Positions 1 to 14,680 of a stretch of 64,000 nt of DNA are shown piece after piece (the first letter of the stretch is position 1; every line of letters begins with the position of its first letter). Below the pieces are notes generated by a model. That model did not search any database and was not told the origin of the DNA. It was given only the letters and a program-made list of their open reading frames with translations. The DNA comes from Trichoplax adhaerens (Eukaryota > Animalia > Placozoa): the NCBI RefSeq assembly GCF_000150275.1, contig NW_002060968.1, positions 105,797 to 169,796 of the forward strand, read 5' to 3'. The position numbers and the translations under genes were made by a program.

Positions 1-145
1 TACAGTCAATGATCGAAGTTGCGCAACATTAGCTCTGATCGAATAAGCACAGTCCTACGGGGAAAGAGATTGAAAATGACAAGCTTTTATAATTTTAACG
101 ACTGTTACAGAGTGGCATACTAATATTATAATAAAATCGATATAG

Positions 146-1057
146 GGTAAATGGTTCAGTAATGTCGTCAGCGAGGATTGCGTATGGACAGTAGGTAAGG
201 GAAAAGTAGGGATACACCGTATTTGAAATCTTGTATATAACTGCTATCCTGTGATACCTTCAAAATATCGTAAAAATCTTGACTTGGATATGCATATCTT
301 TTGACTGTCCACTCCACGACTCCTAAAACAAAAAAATGGGCTCGTCAATGGCTATAGAGGATAGGAAGTTGTTAAGGATAATTTGCCAAAAATCCGTGCG
401 AGATCCTGGTAAAGGATGGAAGTCTTTAACAAAGGATAAGTACCAAGCTGATGTTTGGACAATGACAGAAATGGAAAAGAAATTAACTTTAGAAAGATTT
501 CAAAGAGAGGTTAACTTATAGTAAAAACAAAATTTTATTATTATGATAGCTGCTCTATAATACAACTTTCCTGACTTACTAATGAGGTAGATGGGTGCAT
601 GGTCTAAGCTAGTCCTGTAATACGATCCATTTTACTGAAAGGATTTTAGAGTAAAGTTAATCTGTAGATGACCGCGAATAAGAATTAGTATAGAGCTTGC
701 AACAAAGAAATCACGCTAAGGATGATTTACGTGTTGTAGCAGCAGTAATCTCAATAAGATTCATTAGAGATATCGAGTTGGAAATATCGTAGTGTAATTG
801 AGACCATGACATTAGTGAAAATAGATATCATTGCTATCGTAGTAAAATAACTGTGCTACTGCCGCATTACTAGCAGTATAAAGTACAATGTTATTTAATT
901 AGATACATAAACTTAACAATTCTTGCAAAGCTCTTTTATTTTATTGTCTTCTAATAGTGTGTTTTTGCCTATGGTATAGAATCCTGGCTTCGATTTTAGT
1001 GGAGCTGAAGTCACAGGAAATTTTGCAGATGGCGGACCTAAACTACCTGAACGATAA
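146..1057 (+). CDS. NUDCD2: NudC domain-containing protein 2, last three coding exons (146-194, 358-509, 980-1057); first exon lies left of the window
   Basis: Splicing at GT-AG sites gives GKWFSNVVSEDCVWTV|EDRKLLRIICQKSVRDPGKGWKSLTKDKYQADVWTMTEMEKKLTLERFQRE|NPGFDFSGAEVTGNFADGGPKLPER*. The KLTLERFQxENPGFDFSGAE signature is the recognised NUDCD2 C-terminus. Exon phases are consistent. Confidence 0.93.
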
Positions 1058-3064
1058 ACTCATAAAAAAATAGGATGTGTTTTATGTACACTAGTAGAAT
1101 TGCGTCTATGAAATATTATGGTAATATGATCAAACGTATTCGTCACATTACGGTACACAATTGACTTATTTAGTCTATCCAGGCAAAATATCGCTTTATT
1201 AAAACTACCTGTATACTAAAGATTGAAGTCAAATTCTACAGCGATACGGACATTCATAATTCATTTACTTAATCTACTTCTTACGGGTTGAAAATGGGTA
1301 ACTGAAGATTTAACGCCTAACGAATTTAAACTAAATATTTCAGGCATCTTTGACTAAGTTGTTCAAATTATATTATATTACATGCTATATAAAGCACAGT
1401 GTATTATACAGTAGATAGTAGTTCGGTAAATATATTCACAGCTACTTCAAGGTTGAATAAAGATTTACAAAAACCAATCACAACATTGGACTAAAATGTA
1501 GGATGAACTTTAAGCATAATGTAAATCATATTCGCGAAATAATTTACGCTAAATTGCTATGCATTATTTTAGACTATAGTAGGGCTAATATAAATTTTAG
1601 CAAATACCGAATTAATTGCATCTTAAACGATGCCAATTCAGTATTGTACTTAGAAATTATGCTAACTTTAATTATGTACTTTCAATTACCATAATATAAA
1701 CAACTCGACGTCAGGAATGCATTGATCAGGATATTGTCCATCTTTATTCTTTAGCTTGTAAATATTGGTTAACCTTATGAATAATTTGAAAGAAATTAAT
1801 TCTCTTAAACTACTGACCTGACCATATTGTATACGTACGTATATATCCACGTGCATTGTTATAAAAATTTTGTGTCGATCTGTTCTAAATTCCACTGTTA
1901 TTTGCAGCAAAGGTTTACTACCCTTCAAGTTATTACGTATCTTACCCTATAAACCCGACTTATTAGCAAATTAGATGAACTGTTTTTCTAATTAAATAGG
2001 AATGTATCAGCATCAAATAGGAATTGATACATTTCTTATCTATAATCGTCACATACTGCATGTCTGCTGAAATTTAAAAGTTATCTTTAAATGTCAATGT
2101 TTTGAATGTGATACGCTTCATTTCATTAAACTGCAAACTGAAATGTGTATAAGTATCATAGCCAATAAAGAACATGTTTATTGCAATTATCCAACTCATT
2201 TTGAACTGAACTAGTCAGTGCAATACAGCATTATAAAGGTTAAAATGGACTGATTAGGATCGATACGGAGAAGTTATTTAGATTACTAATGCACAATTGC
2301 TATAAAAACCTGAAGTGCTATGCTATAGCATATTTACGCAAATCATTTCACTTCAACAATACAACTAAATTAATCCAAATGAGGCTAAGCAAATGAAGTG
2401 ATTGTGATTCCCTAACTATTGGGGTATCAACAGATAAACGAAGCTTTAGTTTTGAGAATGGTTTGTGATCTCAGGGCAATCGAAACTAAATATGTATTTC
2501 TAGATTCTATAAATGCCTACAGGCTACAGTATAATAAAGCCTAGAATACAGCAATAGTGTTCATCTGATTTACAATTACAGTACTAATTATTGAATAAGA
2601 CTTAGACTTAGCATCCTTACTTCCGTAACATTTAACAATTTAATTTATTTGGTATTATAGAATTAAATCAATTCTATCATCTAGAACTCTCTGCTAGGGG
2701 TCCATTAATTGTATTCTTTTTATCATCTAGAATTCGCTGTTGAGTGTACATCAATTGTTACAAAGTATCAAAAATAAATTATACCAATTTTCATGCATTA
2801 CCATCGCATAAAAGTCGCTAGAATATGCCGGTCAACAATGAATTGAGAATTTATATACACACTCATATAATTTTAAATCCATATAAGATCCTATATTGCA
2901 TATCAGGATGAAATCGTAAGCATGACCTCTATTACAATACGATATATCTTCAAATTAACCGTATCTTCCTGTAACTTTAGCACTCACTCATCAAACATAT
3001 CTATAGTAACGCATGCACCATATAACTTATATAAATATACTGAATACTAAAGCATTTCACTGAT

Positions 3065-6000
3065 CTACTTAATATTTGAATATTTTCTTAAATAAAAGAC
3101 GTGCTCCTTTGTATAGCATTTCGGTAAAGCCCATTTGGAAATTTTTTCCCGTACTTCTGATAGACAATTTTTTCCTTCTTCGTCCGGCCAAAATTTACAC
3201 AGATGAGATATAATTAAAGCGCATTCGATTGGATCAGGGAAATAATTCATCTGCATAAGGCAATGCGTAATTTTATTCGTTAGTGATATATTTGGAGCTT
3301 GATACAATCATGCAATAAAACAATTAATAGGGTATTGGTCTATAATTTGATCATGACTAATGAAACTACTCAAATAAAATATCTCTTTTACCTTAATGAT
3401 TTTAGTTATGGAATCAAATTGTTCCATAATATTTTGTTCTTCTGACTTTAAGTATTCTAATGTCACAGATGGATAAAAGTATTTGATATCTGATGTCACA
3501 TCAAATTCAGGATCCATTCTTTCTTTTTGTGGTATGATGACCGGGTCATGCTGGATCTTACACATTTCTTGAAGGCCTTCATGATAATTTGCAGATTTTT
3601 GATCATTCAATTCCTCTACTAATATATCTACGGCAGTACCGCTACACTCACTTAGCTTATTAGCATCTTCAACAGCATTTTTGTTAGCTGTACCATCTGA
3701 TCCCTCAGGCGAATCAAGATTCTTGATAACATCTTGAGCTTCCAAATTGTCGTCAACTTGAGACAATAAATGTGCATTATTTATCCCTTCTTTACTGGTA
3801 CTTGCACGTATATCAATGTCCGATGCAATTGAATTCCTACTTGAATCCTCCTCTTCATTGATACTCTGCTTGATCTCAAACGTTCGTTTTGTTTTACCTG
3901 CTTGCTTAATGGAATCCAATCCTTGAGCACTTTCATGCCGTTCAACAGCGATCGCAACCTGCTCTAGTTTAAATTGGCAGCTTAAATAATTTACACGAGA
4001 CTCGACGAGCAACGCTGCCATTGCATCTGATAATATTCGAATAATTTCTCCCATCGTTAAAATATTATTACTGTTAACATCTAATTGTTGCGATACTGCT
4101 AAAGCAACTGGCTGCTCTCCTATTTTATTATTGCTGTCCTGCAGCAAGCTCTGAATTGCAACATCTTGTCGATTATCTACCTTATTACTGCTATTATTTT
4201 CCACATTCTGAGAAATACCAGATGGCATCCTATATTCTGTTGTATCGTCTTGTGTAACAGGAAATAAACTCGTATTATATTGTACGCTTGATTTAGGTAG
4301 TGCCCACCACAACCAAAGCAGTATGTAATAGTAATAATATTGAAGTGGTACACAATCTTCGCTATTTTGCTCAATCAAGTATACGGTTATGTAATTCTGA
4401 AAAGAATGAGGACCACTAGGAAAAAACGATAGCAAAGCATTTCCCATGATATCATAAGCTCCATAAGATAAACAAGTTTTAACTATATTCTGAATAGAGC
4501 TGAGTGCCCCAACACCATCTGATGCTAGTAGACAAAGTAAACAAATTGATAACTGATACGAAGTAGATAAAAGTACCTGCAAGATAAAACAAAACGAGAG
4601 ATTAAAGATTTAAATTTAAGACATTCCGCCAGGTTAAAATCCAAACTAATGTCAGAACTTGCAAAAAGAATTACTTACGTTAGTCAAGTTTCCTAATTTC
4701 CAATTCGAATTGCTTACGTGTTCAGATAAAACAATTTGATACTCTTTAACTTTATCCATATGAAAGTCAATATGTGACATCCACTTTTTCAAAATTGATA
4801 CGAAGATAGGTCCATTGATCAACTTTTTAGTACTTATTCGAGCATAAATGCTTTTGTCACTCTTCTTAAAATAGTTCAAGGCTGCTAAATCATGTTTTAA
4901 ATAAATGATTTACATCAGAGTGAGAGGTACAGGTAGCAAATACTAAACATTATATTATTATAATTCTCACCTTTAGCAATAGGTGGTGTATCATCGTCAG
5001 TTACAGCGTCCTTACTACTTGATGAATGTAGTAATTCGTGATCCAATTGCTTTACTTCTAGGTCTAGAGTACTAACTAACTCATACCATACAATAGCATT
5101 TAACTGGAAGGGCTACAATGAAATAAATAATAAAAATCCAAGAAATCTGAGAAAGAATGTTATTAAAACAAATATCGATGAATTAATAATTCCATTATAT
5201 GTTTGTTAACCGTTAGCTCGTTCGTTGTTGTACATAATGATAACGCATCATTAATTGAAAGGACTTGCAATGACGAATCGATACACGTCTTAATCCAAGC
5301 AGTGGATATTGGTATTCCACCCATCAGTCGAGCAACTTTAACAGCGGCTATAGCAGCAGTATGCTCTTTACTTCTGCTTAAAGCACTAACGGCTTCCGAA
5401 TGTAAACCTATGGCTAAATAACTAGCCGTAACACAAATGCATAACACTAAATTAAATTTGTATATTTATGCAAAAGTTCTTAATATTGAGATATGGCAAA
5501 TGTGTTACCAACCATTTAGCAGCTTGCTCAAAACGTGATTCTTTCTCTAGACTTCTGGCCCAGGCTAAATAAATATCTGATATTACCGGATCATTAGAAG
5601 ATAATCGACACTGGGCAAGGCCTATCGCTTCTCTAATTGAAGGAAAGAAAATTAATGACGTCCTGTCTCTGAAGAATCTATAAAAAATGACTATTCAAGC
5701 AGATGTTACACCAAATATTAAATTAACCTGTACATTCCATTTTCTTTGAAGCAATCTACTGCTTGATAAGTTTCATGGCAAGCTAAATAATAGACCGCAG
5801 CTTTCTGTGGATAGCCATTACTCATGAGTTGATTGGCATAATTCTTAGCAGTTTCTAGCCAAACATCGTAACCCCCTATGATAGAAAAACCATATCTCCG
5901 ATCAGCTAAATAATTAAGTAGCAATTATTCGATCATAATAATATTAAATTCTTATTTGCAACAAACTAATTCACCTGCAATGCTAATAGAAACGAGCCAA

Positions 6001-9000
6001 TCCGTTAGTTGGCCGTTTTCAGTTGCAAAGTGGAGAGCATTGCCTATATCACCAGTCCAAATGTTCAGTTGAAGTGATTGCTCCACATTTCCCAATGACA
6101 AATGCCTCTCTCCTAAATGTGATACGATCATAAAATCATTAACTAAATTGTAATAATTGCCATGTGTATCAGTTCAATCGCTAACATTCGTAGTACATAT
6201 GTATATCTTGTACATTACGTACGTTCAAAGTCAATGGCTCTCATAGCAGTATGACGATCCGAAAAGAGAGCGACACCGAGTGCAGATTCAAAATTATCAA
6301 AGGCAGTATCTACATGTTTACCTATAACAGCAACGAGATATCAGTAGCGGCCCTTCTGCTACATTGCAGCAGCTAGTCTAACACAGATAAGCAAGAAATG
6401 ATACCGTTGATGATTTCAGCTAATTCAACACATTCATTGCGTTGAATTATCTTTGGACGGGAATCTGCATTTGCACACGAGGGTAATAAGGACCTTTGTT
6501 TACCTTTTTTCTTCTTTCCAGAAGAATCTAATAAAACAAAAATATAAAGTGTATGCAGTAGTTAAAGCTAAATGAATACAATCACTCTGTATAGTCCCGT
6601 TATCAACAGTAATAAAAAATTGTTTACTTTTCATTTGCTCTTCTTTGACACTCAAATGTAAATCATTATTAGTACAGTCTGCAGATATCGACGGAGTTTC
6701 TGTTGTGTTAACAACAGATGCTTCAGGTAAACGATTTGGTAACTGTTCAATTTTGGGTAATACTGGCACTTCAGGAAGTTCGGGCTTATCCCATTTGGCA
6801 ATGGTTACGTTTTCATCTTTGACAGGGAATTTATTAGTGCTTTTGCGCTTTTTTTTGGAGCTTTTGCTGCTAGACTGTGATTGCTCTGTTAAAGCAATTA
6901 AAAAGGTTTCTACCGAATACTCAAGTTAACATCAATTACAAGCAGAGAAATCGCAATTCTTACCAGAGCCTGAAGCTGACACTCTGTCCCCTTTATGTTT
7001 GGAAACTTTCCAAAAATGCACAGAGTAATCCTGACTACCAGAATATATTAAATCCTGATCTCGAAAACTCCAAGCGACCGTTAGTATTCTTCCCAAGTGG
7101 CTAACGTAACTTGCGATAATTTGACAACTGGTAATATCCCAGACCTATACGTATAACAAAAATTTTATCACTTACTCACAAGCATAATGAATAGAAAATG
7201 TTTGAGAATTAACCTTAATCGACCAATCAAAAGACGCAGTAGCAATTTGATACGCGTTGTGAGGACTCCAACTGATGTCAGTAACGCGATGTTGATGACC
7301 TCGTAACTGTTTATAACTTGTTGTTACAACAGTCGATGATTGCACTATATATCAGCAGTAACACAAAAGTAAATATAATGTGAGTAACACTTTTTAACAA
7401 TATCAAAAGCACAGAAATGCTAACTAACGTTGTAATTGTTTAATATCATGGATATAAACGGTCATAGAGTTTGATCCGGAAGCCAACCAACACGTCACGT
7501 CTTGCTCTAACGAATAAAACAGTCTAGAATAAATTTTCTCTTCCTGCATTACCATCACCTCATCATTACCACTTAAATTGTGTAAGTCTGACAAATATTT
7601 ACTAACCAAGTTGTTCATCATTAGCAAAGTGTTGATGATGCCATTGCAAGCAGTTTACGATTCTACTCTGGCACTGTATTTTTAAAAGGCTTTCGAGATT
7701 GGGCGCTTGAAAAATTTCGATTAATCTGTCGAAATACAACATCCATCCTATATTAATGTCAGTTTTAAAATCGATCAAAAATTAAGATTTCACTCACCCA
7801 TCATCATTGCCAATAGCTAACAAAGTCAAGTCGGGTTTCCAAGCTAACTCGCTTCTTAAAGGAAATTTTTGCTATTGACATTGCGTTTTGAAGATATTAC
7901 ATTACGTTTCATTAATAAGAAAAGTTTTCAATAAAGAAAATATTAAATTTTAATAACTGTGTAATACCTGGATATCATTCGTTTTGGCAATAATATCATT
8001 AATATTAGAAGCATGACTTTCCATATGCTGCGTATTATGTTGTAGAGCTATACCATCTCCTCCAACACTATATAACATTAATTTAGTACTGGATGATGTC
8101 AATTCTTTGTCGCTAAAAGTACACTGTGGTCCCCAACTTAAGGAGTACACTGTGCCCTTGTGATATGACCAAGAAGCACTTGAACTGCAATACAGAAATA
8201 CGAAATTATATAGTATTTATTAGTGCATTAATTAATTTAATTAACATCTAAATTCAATTTTCAACAACTACAACAATTTGATCTATTTGTTATATCAATT
8301 CAGATATGTACCTTTGAGATAGTATATTGTAGATACCAACTTTGCCTTTATCAGTCCCAAAGGCTAGCAAGCCTTCTTTTTCAGGATGCCAGTTAATCTA
8401 TTGAATATGTTAGACGGTACAATCAAATCCATGTCCATCCTTAAAAAATTAACTTATAACAAGGACTGTAATCGATCTAGCTTCAATAATTGGTATGGAA
8501 GGTACGTAGAAAGGCTAATAGTTAACACTAGAAAGATTCAACTCTGGCTAAGCGCATTCGTTTAGCAACTAATGAAATGCTTACCACGGTAACTTTAGAG
8601 TCTATGCCTTGCCATAGTATGCGACTGTCGTAGCATGTTTCTTTATCTGATACTTTCCAAGTAATAATGCAATTATCGCCAAGACCACCAGCTATTAAAG
8701 ACGACGTCAGTGGACTTATTCGAACGCAATGCGCCCAGCCACCTAAGGTTGGTAGGACAGAAATGGGCTGCAATTTAATTGCATCCCAACAGATGATCTG
8801 AAAAAGATACAATTATTCCGCATAACTTTAAAGGGAAGATTGTTGTTTAGCCGCGGTAATGAAATTAAGAGTCTAAGAATGTAAAAGCAGATCCATCTCG
8901 AATATACTAAATAATAAAACGTGATCATTGATTTCAATATTAACCAGTGGCTATAGAGTAATCTCTGATGTGCAGTGATACATCAATCCTATAGCTCACC

Positions 9001-10994
9001 TGTCTGTCTAATGAGAACGTTACTAGATAGTTCTGTTGTTCAGATGAATAGTAAGAAATGTTGAATACTGGTCTGGTATGACAATGATTCACTTGATCGT
9101 CAAAGACAGTATGCTTTGGCTTTTTATAATGTGTCAAGTCCCATAGCAACACATTGCCTCTAAAGAATTTGAAGCATTTAATTCCGTCATCAAACCCATT
9201 TTAAAGGTGTCATGCAAAGGTGCCAAATAATTTATCAAATATTTTGGTAAGGTTCAAATTTTGACAATAAGTACAATAAAAAGGCAAGCATTGTTACACT
9301 TACGTATGATAATTGGATACAATATGATTCAAGTTCCAAGGTAACCATAGCAGACTTATCCAGTTCTTTGCTTGCTTTTCTAAATCAACCGTCTTTGACC
9401 AATTGCGTGCGCCACCATTAATTTTGTTGGGCATTTTAACAACTGTTATAACTTCTCTCTTATAAACATTCCATATCCGAAATAATCTATCTCTCGAAGC
9501 AGAGGCCAGTAATACGTCTACAGTGAGATGAATAAAGTAGAGTATTTCATAATGTGTTATTAACTTCAATATCACTTGTTCATAATAAGACAACCTTCCC
9601 TACACAGTCTACAACGATCTGAATTTTACCGTACAATATAAAAAGTTACCTCGATTTGAGCCGGTTTCGAAATGATCTCCAACCACAGGGCACCAATTTA
9701 AGCAAGTGATTTGCCTTTGATGTCCTTTCAGTTCTAGCTTGTGGGAAATGTGCCCACTTTCGGCATTAATGTTAGCAACGATGATAGTTCCATCGTTGTA
9801 ACCTAACGCAAAGTCGCTCTGATCGTGAGGTGACAACTGAATACAGCTAATTGAGTCTTTTCTTAGTGAACCAATGATAAATCGTTGCGCCGCTAATTCC
9901 CAGCAAACAATATTACCTTTTTCATCACCTATTAATTATAACATTAACCATTCGTTAGCACCCAAGCAGATGAAGCAAATAACAGGTAACTTAAGATGGT
10001 ATCAGTCGAGTATGTAAGCCATCAAGGCTAGTTAATGCAGTTTGCTAAAGTTTCAATCTGACAACACTAGTTAGCTAATGAACAACAGCAATACATCCTA
10101 AGAATGGTGCTTTATTTGCAATCCTGTTAGTGAAGTAATCCGCGTTGATTTAATTGGCTGCAGAGCAAGTATGGTAGCTCAACTTGCACAAAGGGTAAAG
10201 GGCTTTGCCGTTGCAAAGAGTAAACTCTGACCCCATTGCCAATATGCGCTGAATAGCCAACTTAATTACGCTAATCATTTTCCTTACAAGAGTATTTCGA
10301 TACCTGAAATGATCCATTTGCTGGTTGATTTTGAGACAGACAAGGATGTGATTTTAGCCTAATGAAAAATGATAAAATCCTTACGTTGATGCAGTGAACA
10401 ATACTTTATTTATATTTAACGCTTGCAAGTATTCGACTACCAGCCATGTACCGTTGTAACAACTAAAGGAGATTCCATGCAATGGAACGCCTGCTTAAGT
10501 GCATATAGTGTAATAAACATCAAATTGACTATTTGTTATTGTGCAGAAATTCAGGCAATCCTTTTTTCATCGATGGTTATCCACTCGTTGAAGATAAGGC
10601 AGTCGTTGCAACTGCCCTATCTCGCTAGACTTTTGCATAAGTATACCTGATGTTTTTCATGTTTTGCAATAAAATGGCGTGATTCTATATCCCATAGAAT
10701 AATTTTTTTGTCTTCTCCACCACTAACGCATAAACGCTGAGCACCATTTCGGCTAAGTTGCAAACAAGTAATACGACCAGTATGCAACGACATGATCCCA
10801 ATCCACTGAAATTGAGCTGGTCCTAATCGATCATCTCGTTGTGGAAGCCGATACAAATAAATATCGTTTCTACCTCCAAAAACATATATTCCGTTGTCCG
10901 TGCATTGGCTGACAGTAGTGCAATACCAATTTGCCGAAGCAGGTAGCATTCCTTCCTGAATTTTCCCATCGAATGTGTCCTCCTTGTTCTCCAT
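3065..10994 (-). CDS. GEMIN5: Gem-associated protein 5 (WD40 x2, TPR-like dimerisation region, C-terminal domain), about 20+ exons; first exon 10994-10647, large exon about 4577-3392, last exon 3250-3065
   Basis: N-terminus [15 protein letters not shown] matches Gemin5 LPPSPNWYC. WD40 repeats include [30 protein letters not shown] and [15 protein letters not shown]. Also [11 protein letters not shown] in the TPR-like region and C-terminal [10 protein letters not shown] (Gemin5 FPDVLEC). Many short GT-AG introns; not every internal junction was verified. Confidence 0.93.
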
Positions 10995-12224
10995 GGCTAC
11001 AACTGGATGAATTGCTGTGACTTTTCCTTGACTCCTATCACCTGCAGTTGCAATTTCGCCGAATGCAAAGCTCGAGCACCTTCGGAAGCTAGCTGTATAA
11101 CTGCAGACGCTCTGCTACGGTACAGTACAGACGGAAAGACAATGGTGCAGCTAGGCCTGGAGACTGGTGCTCTTTGGTTGTCACCCCTTTGCCGACTCGG
11201 TGGAATAGGCAAGTTGTCGAGTCAACCGATGTCGTCAACAGTTCAATTGCATGACTAGTATGACTTCTAGAGTATGTTTAAAGGTAGAGTACCCTGAACA
11301 CTATACAATATTGACAACAAAATCACACCTTACAAGGGTGACAATAAAAGGGCACTCGACTCGATCGTCTGTATGTCTATCTATCCGTATCGATCTGGAC
11401 CGGTTCCCTGGTACCAGTTCCGGATCGGACCGCGGATAGGTCTGATGTAGTACTCAACTAGTACCTACCGGGCTGGTTCTACTTCGGCAACATCACGTTG
11501 AGGGTAAGGTATTAAATAGCAGCACAAGATGATACAGAATACATCAATGATCTAGATAAATAGGCTGAGTATCGGAAAGAAGGAGAGCTTTTGGGTACCC
11601 AATAATGTGGGGACCGATCATTTTTCTGGTCAATTTATAATACGTTATCACTGAGACTGTACACTATACTGTATAAAACCAACCAAGCAGCTCATCTTCA
11701 GGACCAATGGTAGACCGCAAACTCGACACTCAAGTGTTTCATTTCAGACATACATTGCAGTTGATTTGACCAGTAGAATAGTAGGCCTACATTTGGAGTA
11801 TTGGAAGTAGCCGTTTTCTGTCCGTCTCTTTCTTCGGAGGAGGAGGATTACGATCACCATGGCGACCAGGTGGGTTGATACTCTTCAGAATCTTTTACTC
11901 TCGATGCTCCTGTCTTGGAAAAAGCAGAGGAAGTGCTCGACAAGTTATTTAAAGCGACATCCACCATCTCGTATCTAAATACCCTTCGATCCTATCTTTA
12001 AGCCTATGACTAATCCATAAGAAAGGCACTTATATCAACACAAGCACTCGAGAGCTTGGTAGCCCATTGGATATTGATCATCGGTCGGTTTCGCTCTATT
12101 GCAATCTGTTATTTTCGACTGGCTACCTTCCAGCCCTTGAAAAGAATCAAGGGAAATTAATAAAATGGAAGGCAAATTGCTAATTCAATTCGTAAAGGAC
12201 ACTCGATTTCAGGATTTACTTCAA

Positions 12225-13710
12225 TTGATCCAATAGGTCTATCCTCCAGTTCACATCACCATGGAATGCATTATGATATATCATGCAAATCACATTTCAT
12301 GATAATAACTTGGATACTGAAATAATCATCATTTAATTTGTTGATTCATCTTATGATGCACCTGTATGCCACACAGTGCATTAAAAATCAATCAGGAAAC
12401 GATATTTAATTTCCACTTTCATTTGACATGATCCAATATCTTTACCGTCTGTTTTTCATCACTGTGGCATCCACGATGACATCATAAAAAATTACGCTTC
12501 ATGATTATAATTTCCGCACTGAAGTAATCATCATTTTATTTATTCGTTTATTCATTCCATCTTTATGCTACACAGAAGATTAAAAATAATCAATCAGCAT
12601 ACTATATTCAATTTCAAGATTTATTCTACTTAATCCAATATCTGATCGTCTCATTTTCATTACTGTACCATCCACTATGACATCATAGAAATCACCTTTC
12701 ATAATTACAATTTCGACATTGAAATAATCATCATTTTATTTATTTAATTAAATCATCTCATACTACATCTTCTTTCTGCCACACGGTCGATTCAAAATAA
12801 TCAATTAACAAATTGCATCTAATTTCTACATTTATTTGACCCGATCCAATATCTATATCGTCTCATTTTTATCACTGTGGCATCCACTATGATATCATCC
12901 AAATCACATTTTAGGATTCAATTTCGACACTGAAGTGATCATCATTTTATTTCTTTATTCATCTCATCATTATGCCACACAGTCGATTAAAAATAATCAA
13001 TCAGTAAACTGCACTTAATTTCCACATTTATTTTACATGATCCAATATCTCTATCGTCTAATATGCGTCATGATATGCAGATCACATATCATAATTACAA
13101 TTCGGCATTAAAAATTACAATCATCTCTTTACTGTATTTATTCATCTCATCATCATGCGCCTTCTTTACCCCGCGTAGTAGACTAAAAATAATCAATCAG
13201 CAAACTGCATTCAATTTCAAGATTCACTTTACTTGATCCAATAATTCCATCATCTAATTTCCATCACTATAGTTCTCATCATGTTATCATGTAAATCACA
13301 CTTTGTTGTTACGATTTCGTCACTACAATAATAATAAGTAATCATCAACTTATTTATTTATTTATTTCATGATATGCGTACAACTGAGCTACGCCACTCT
13401 GTAGATCGAAAATAATCGATCAGCAAATTATATTCAATTTTAAGATTCATTTACATGATCCAATAATTCTAATGTATGCGCTGTGGTATGCATCTTAATA
13501 TCATCCAAACTCCAACTTCATGATTATAATTTGGACAATAAAATAATCATCTCATTACTGATTCATACCGTTATGCACCTTGTTCATGCTACACAACCAA
13601 TTTATAATAAACCACGTAAGAATTCTAAAAGGATAATGATGTATTCTTATCTTTGTTTATCTTTATTATTATTCTTGTATCGCATCATAGAGTAAATGAT
13701 CCAATTTATG
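12225..13710. repeat. Degenerate AT-rich tandem repeat, ~200-bp unit, ~7 copies
   Basis: Anchor (G/A)ATCCAAT recurs near 12227, 12430, 12632, 12843, 13039, 13236 and 13457, together with recurring AAATAATCAATCAG and ACTGAA(A/G)TAATCATC motifs. Confidence 0.85.
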
Positions 13711-14680
13711 CGGCATAAGCAGTATCCGTTATCAATAAGAAGAACAACCTATTTACCAAGTGCACCTAAGTAAGACGTTATTGAAATGAAATACAAAAGC
13801 GGAAAATAAAATAAACATAAAAGTGATTTATAGCCTCTTTACTGTCACATAAATTCAAATATTACGACATCAAGGTTTGTATAAAATTGCCGACCTAGCG
13901 TAGAACCTTATACTCACTTACAAGTTGCATCTACACGAACGATTGTTGTCCATTATACAATCAAATCAATCGATTGAACAAGAAAATTAAATCTTAATTA
14001 CACTATAGACTACTAGAATATAGGTGCATAGACTTTTTACTTCAATAACCATAGTTTAGTAAGTAGCAAGAAAATGATGCAAAAATAATAATCTTAGCTT
14101 AGCTTTCGCTCACAAATCATTTTATCACTTTAATAGAGCATTATCTCCATAAGTAATAAAAAATGTTTAAATTACAAATATCATTTTTATAGGAACATCA
14201 GAGCTCTTAAAGCGATCTTTTCATAAGATTAAAGCTGTCGACGATTGCCAGCTTAATGGAAATTTTGTCTGTTAAATAGAATTATATCTACGTATGTAAG
14301 CATTGAAAAATGTCTAACATGCAAAGCTAATTGAGTAGCAGCATCAGATAACTTAAAAACAAATTATCTATAGATTAAAACTACCTGCAATCGCCAGCTT
14401 AATGACTATAATGATATCATCTATGCCTTCATAAGCGTATTGATGATGAAGTAAAATGCGCCCTTTGTGGCCATTAGTAAAGCACATATGCAAAATGGGG
14501 TTAAAAAATTATTCATTGCAAAAAAAGTAAGTTGAAATTACAATTCATATTGATAGTATTTTACCTCTATCGTATACTTGATCTGCTTGTAGTGCATGCA
14601 TATGATACTTTAGGGATAAAACCAAAGTCTCAATTGAAATGATTTTCTAACGAATAAACGTATGATGCTCCAAACTTGAA

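Noticed and set aside
3251-3391. Apparent in-frame TGA (3310-3308) joining ORFs 3308-4582 and 3065-3307, suggesting readthrough or selenocysteine in GEMIN5
   Set aside because: The TGA lies inside a normal phase-0 intron (AAG|GTAAAA at 3391; branch CACTAAC; ATGCAG|ATG at 3251) that joins ...KIIK to [10 protein letters not shown].
5203-11258. + strand ORFs (5203-5421, 6645-6929, 6877-7104, 10423-10650, 11007-11258)
   Set aside because: Antisense shadows of GEMIN5 exons or its 5' region, with no recognisable protein features.
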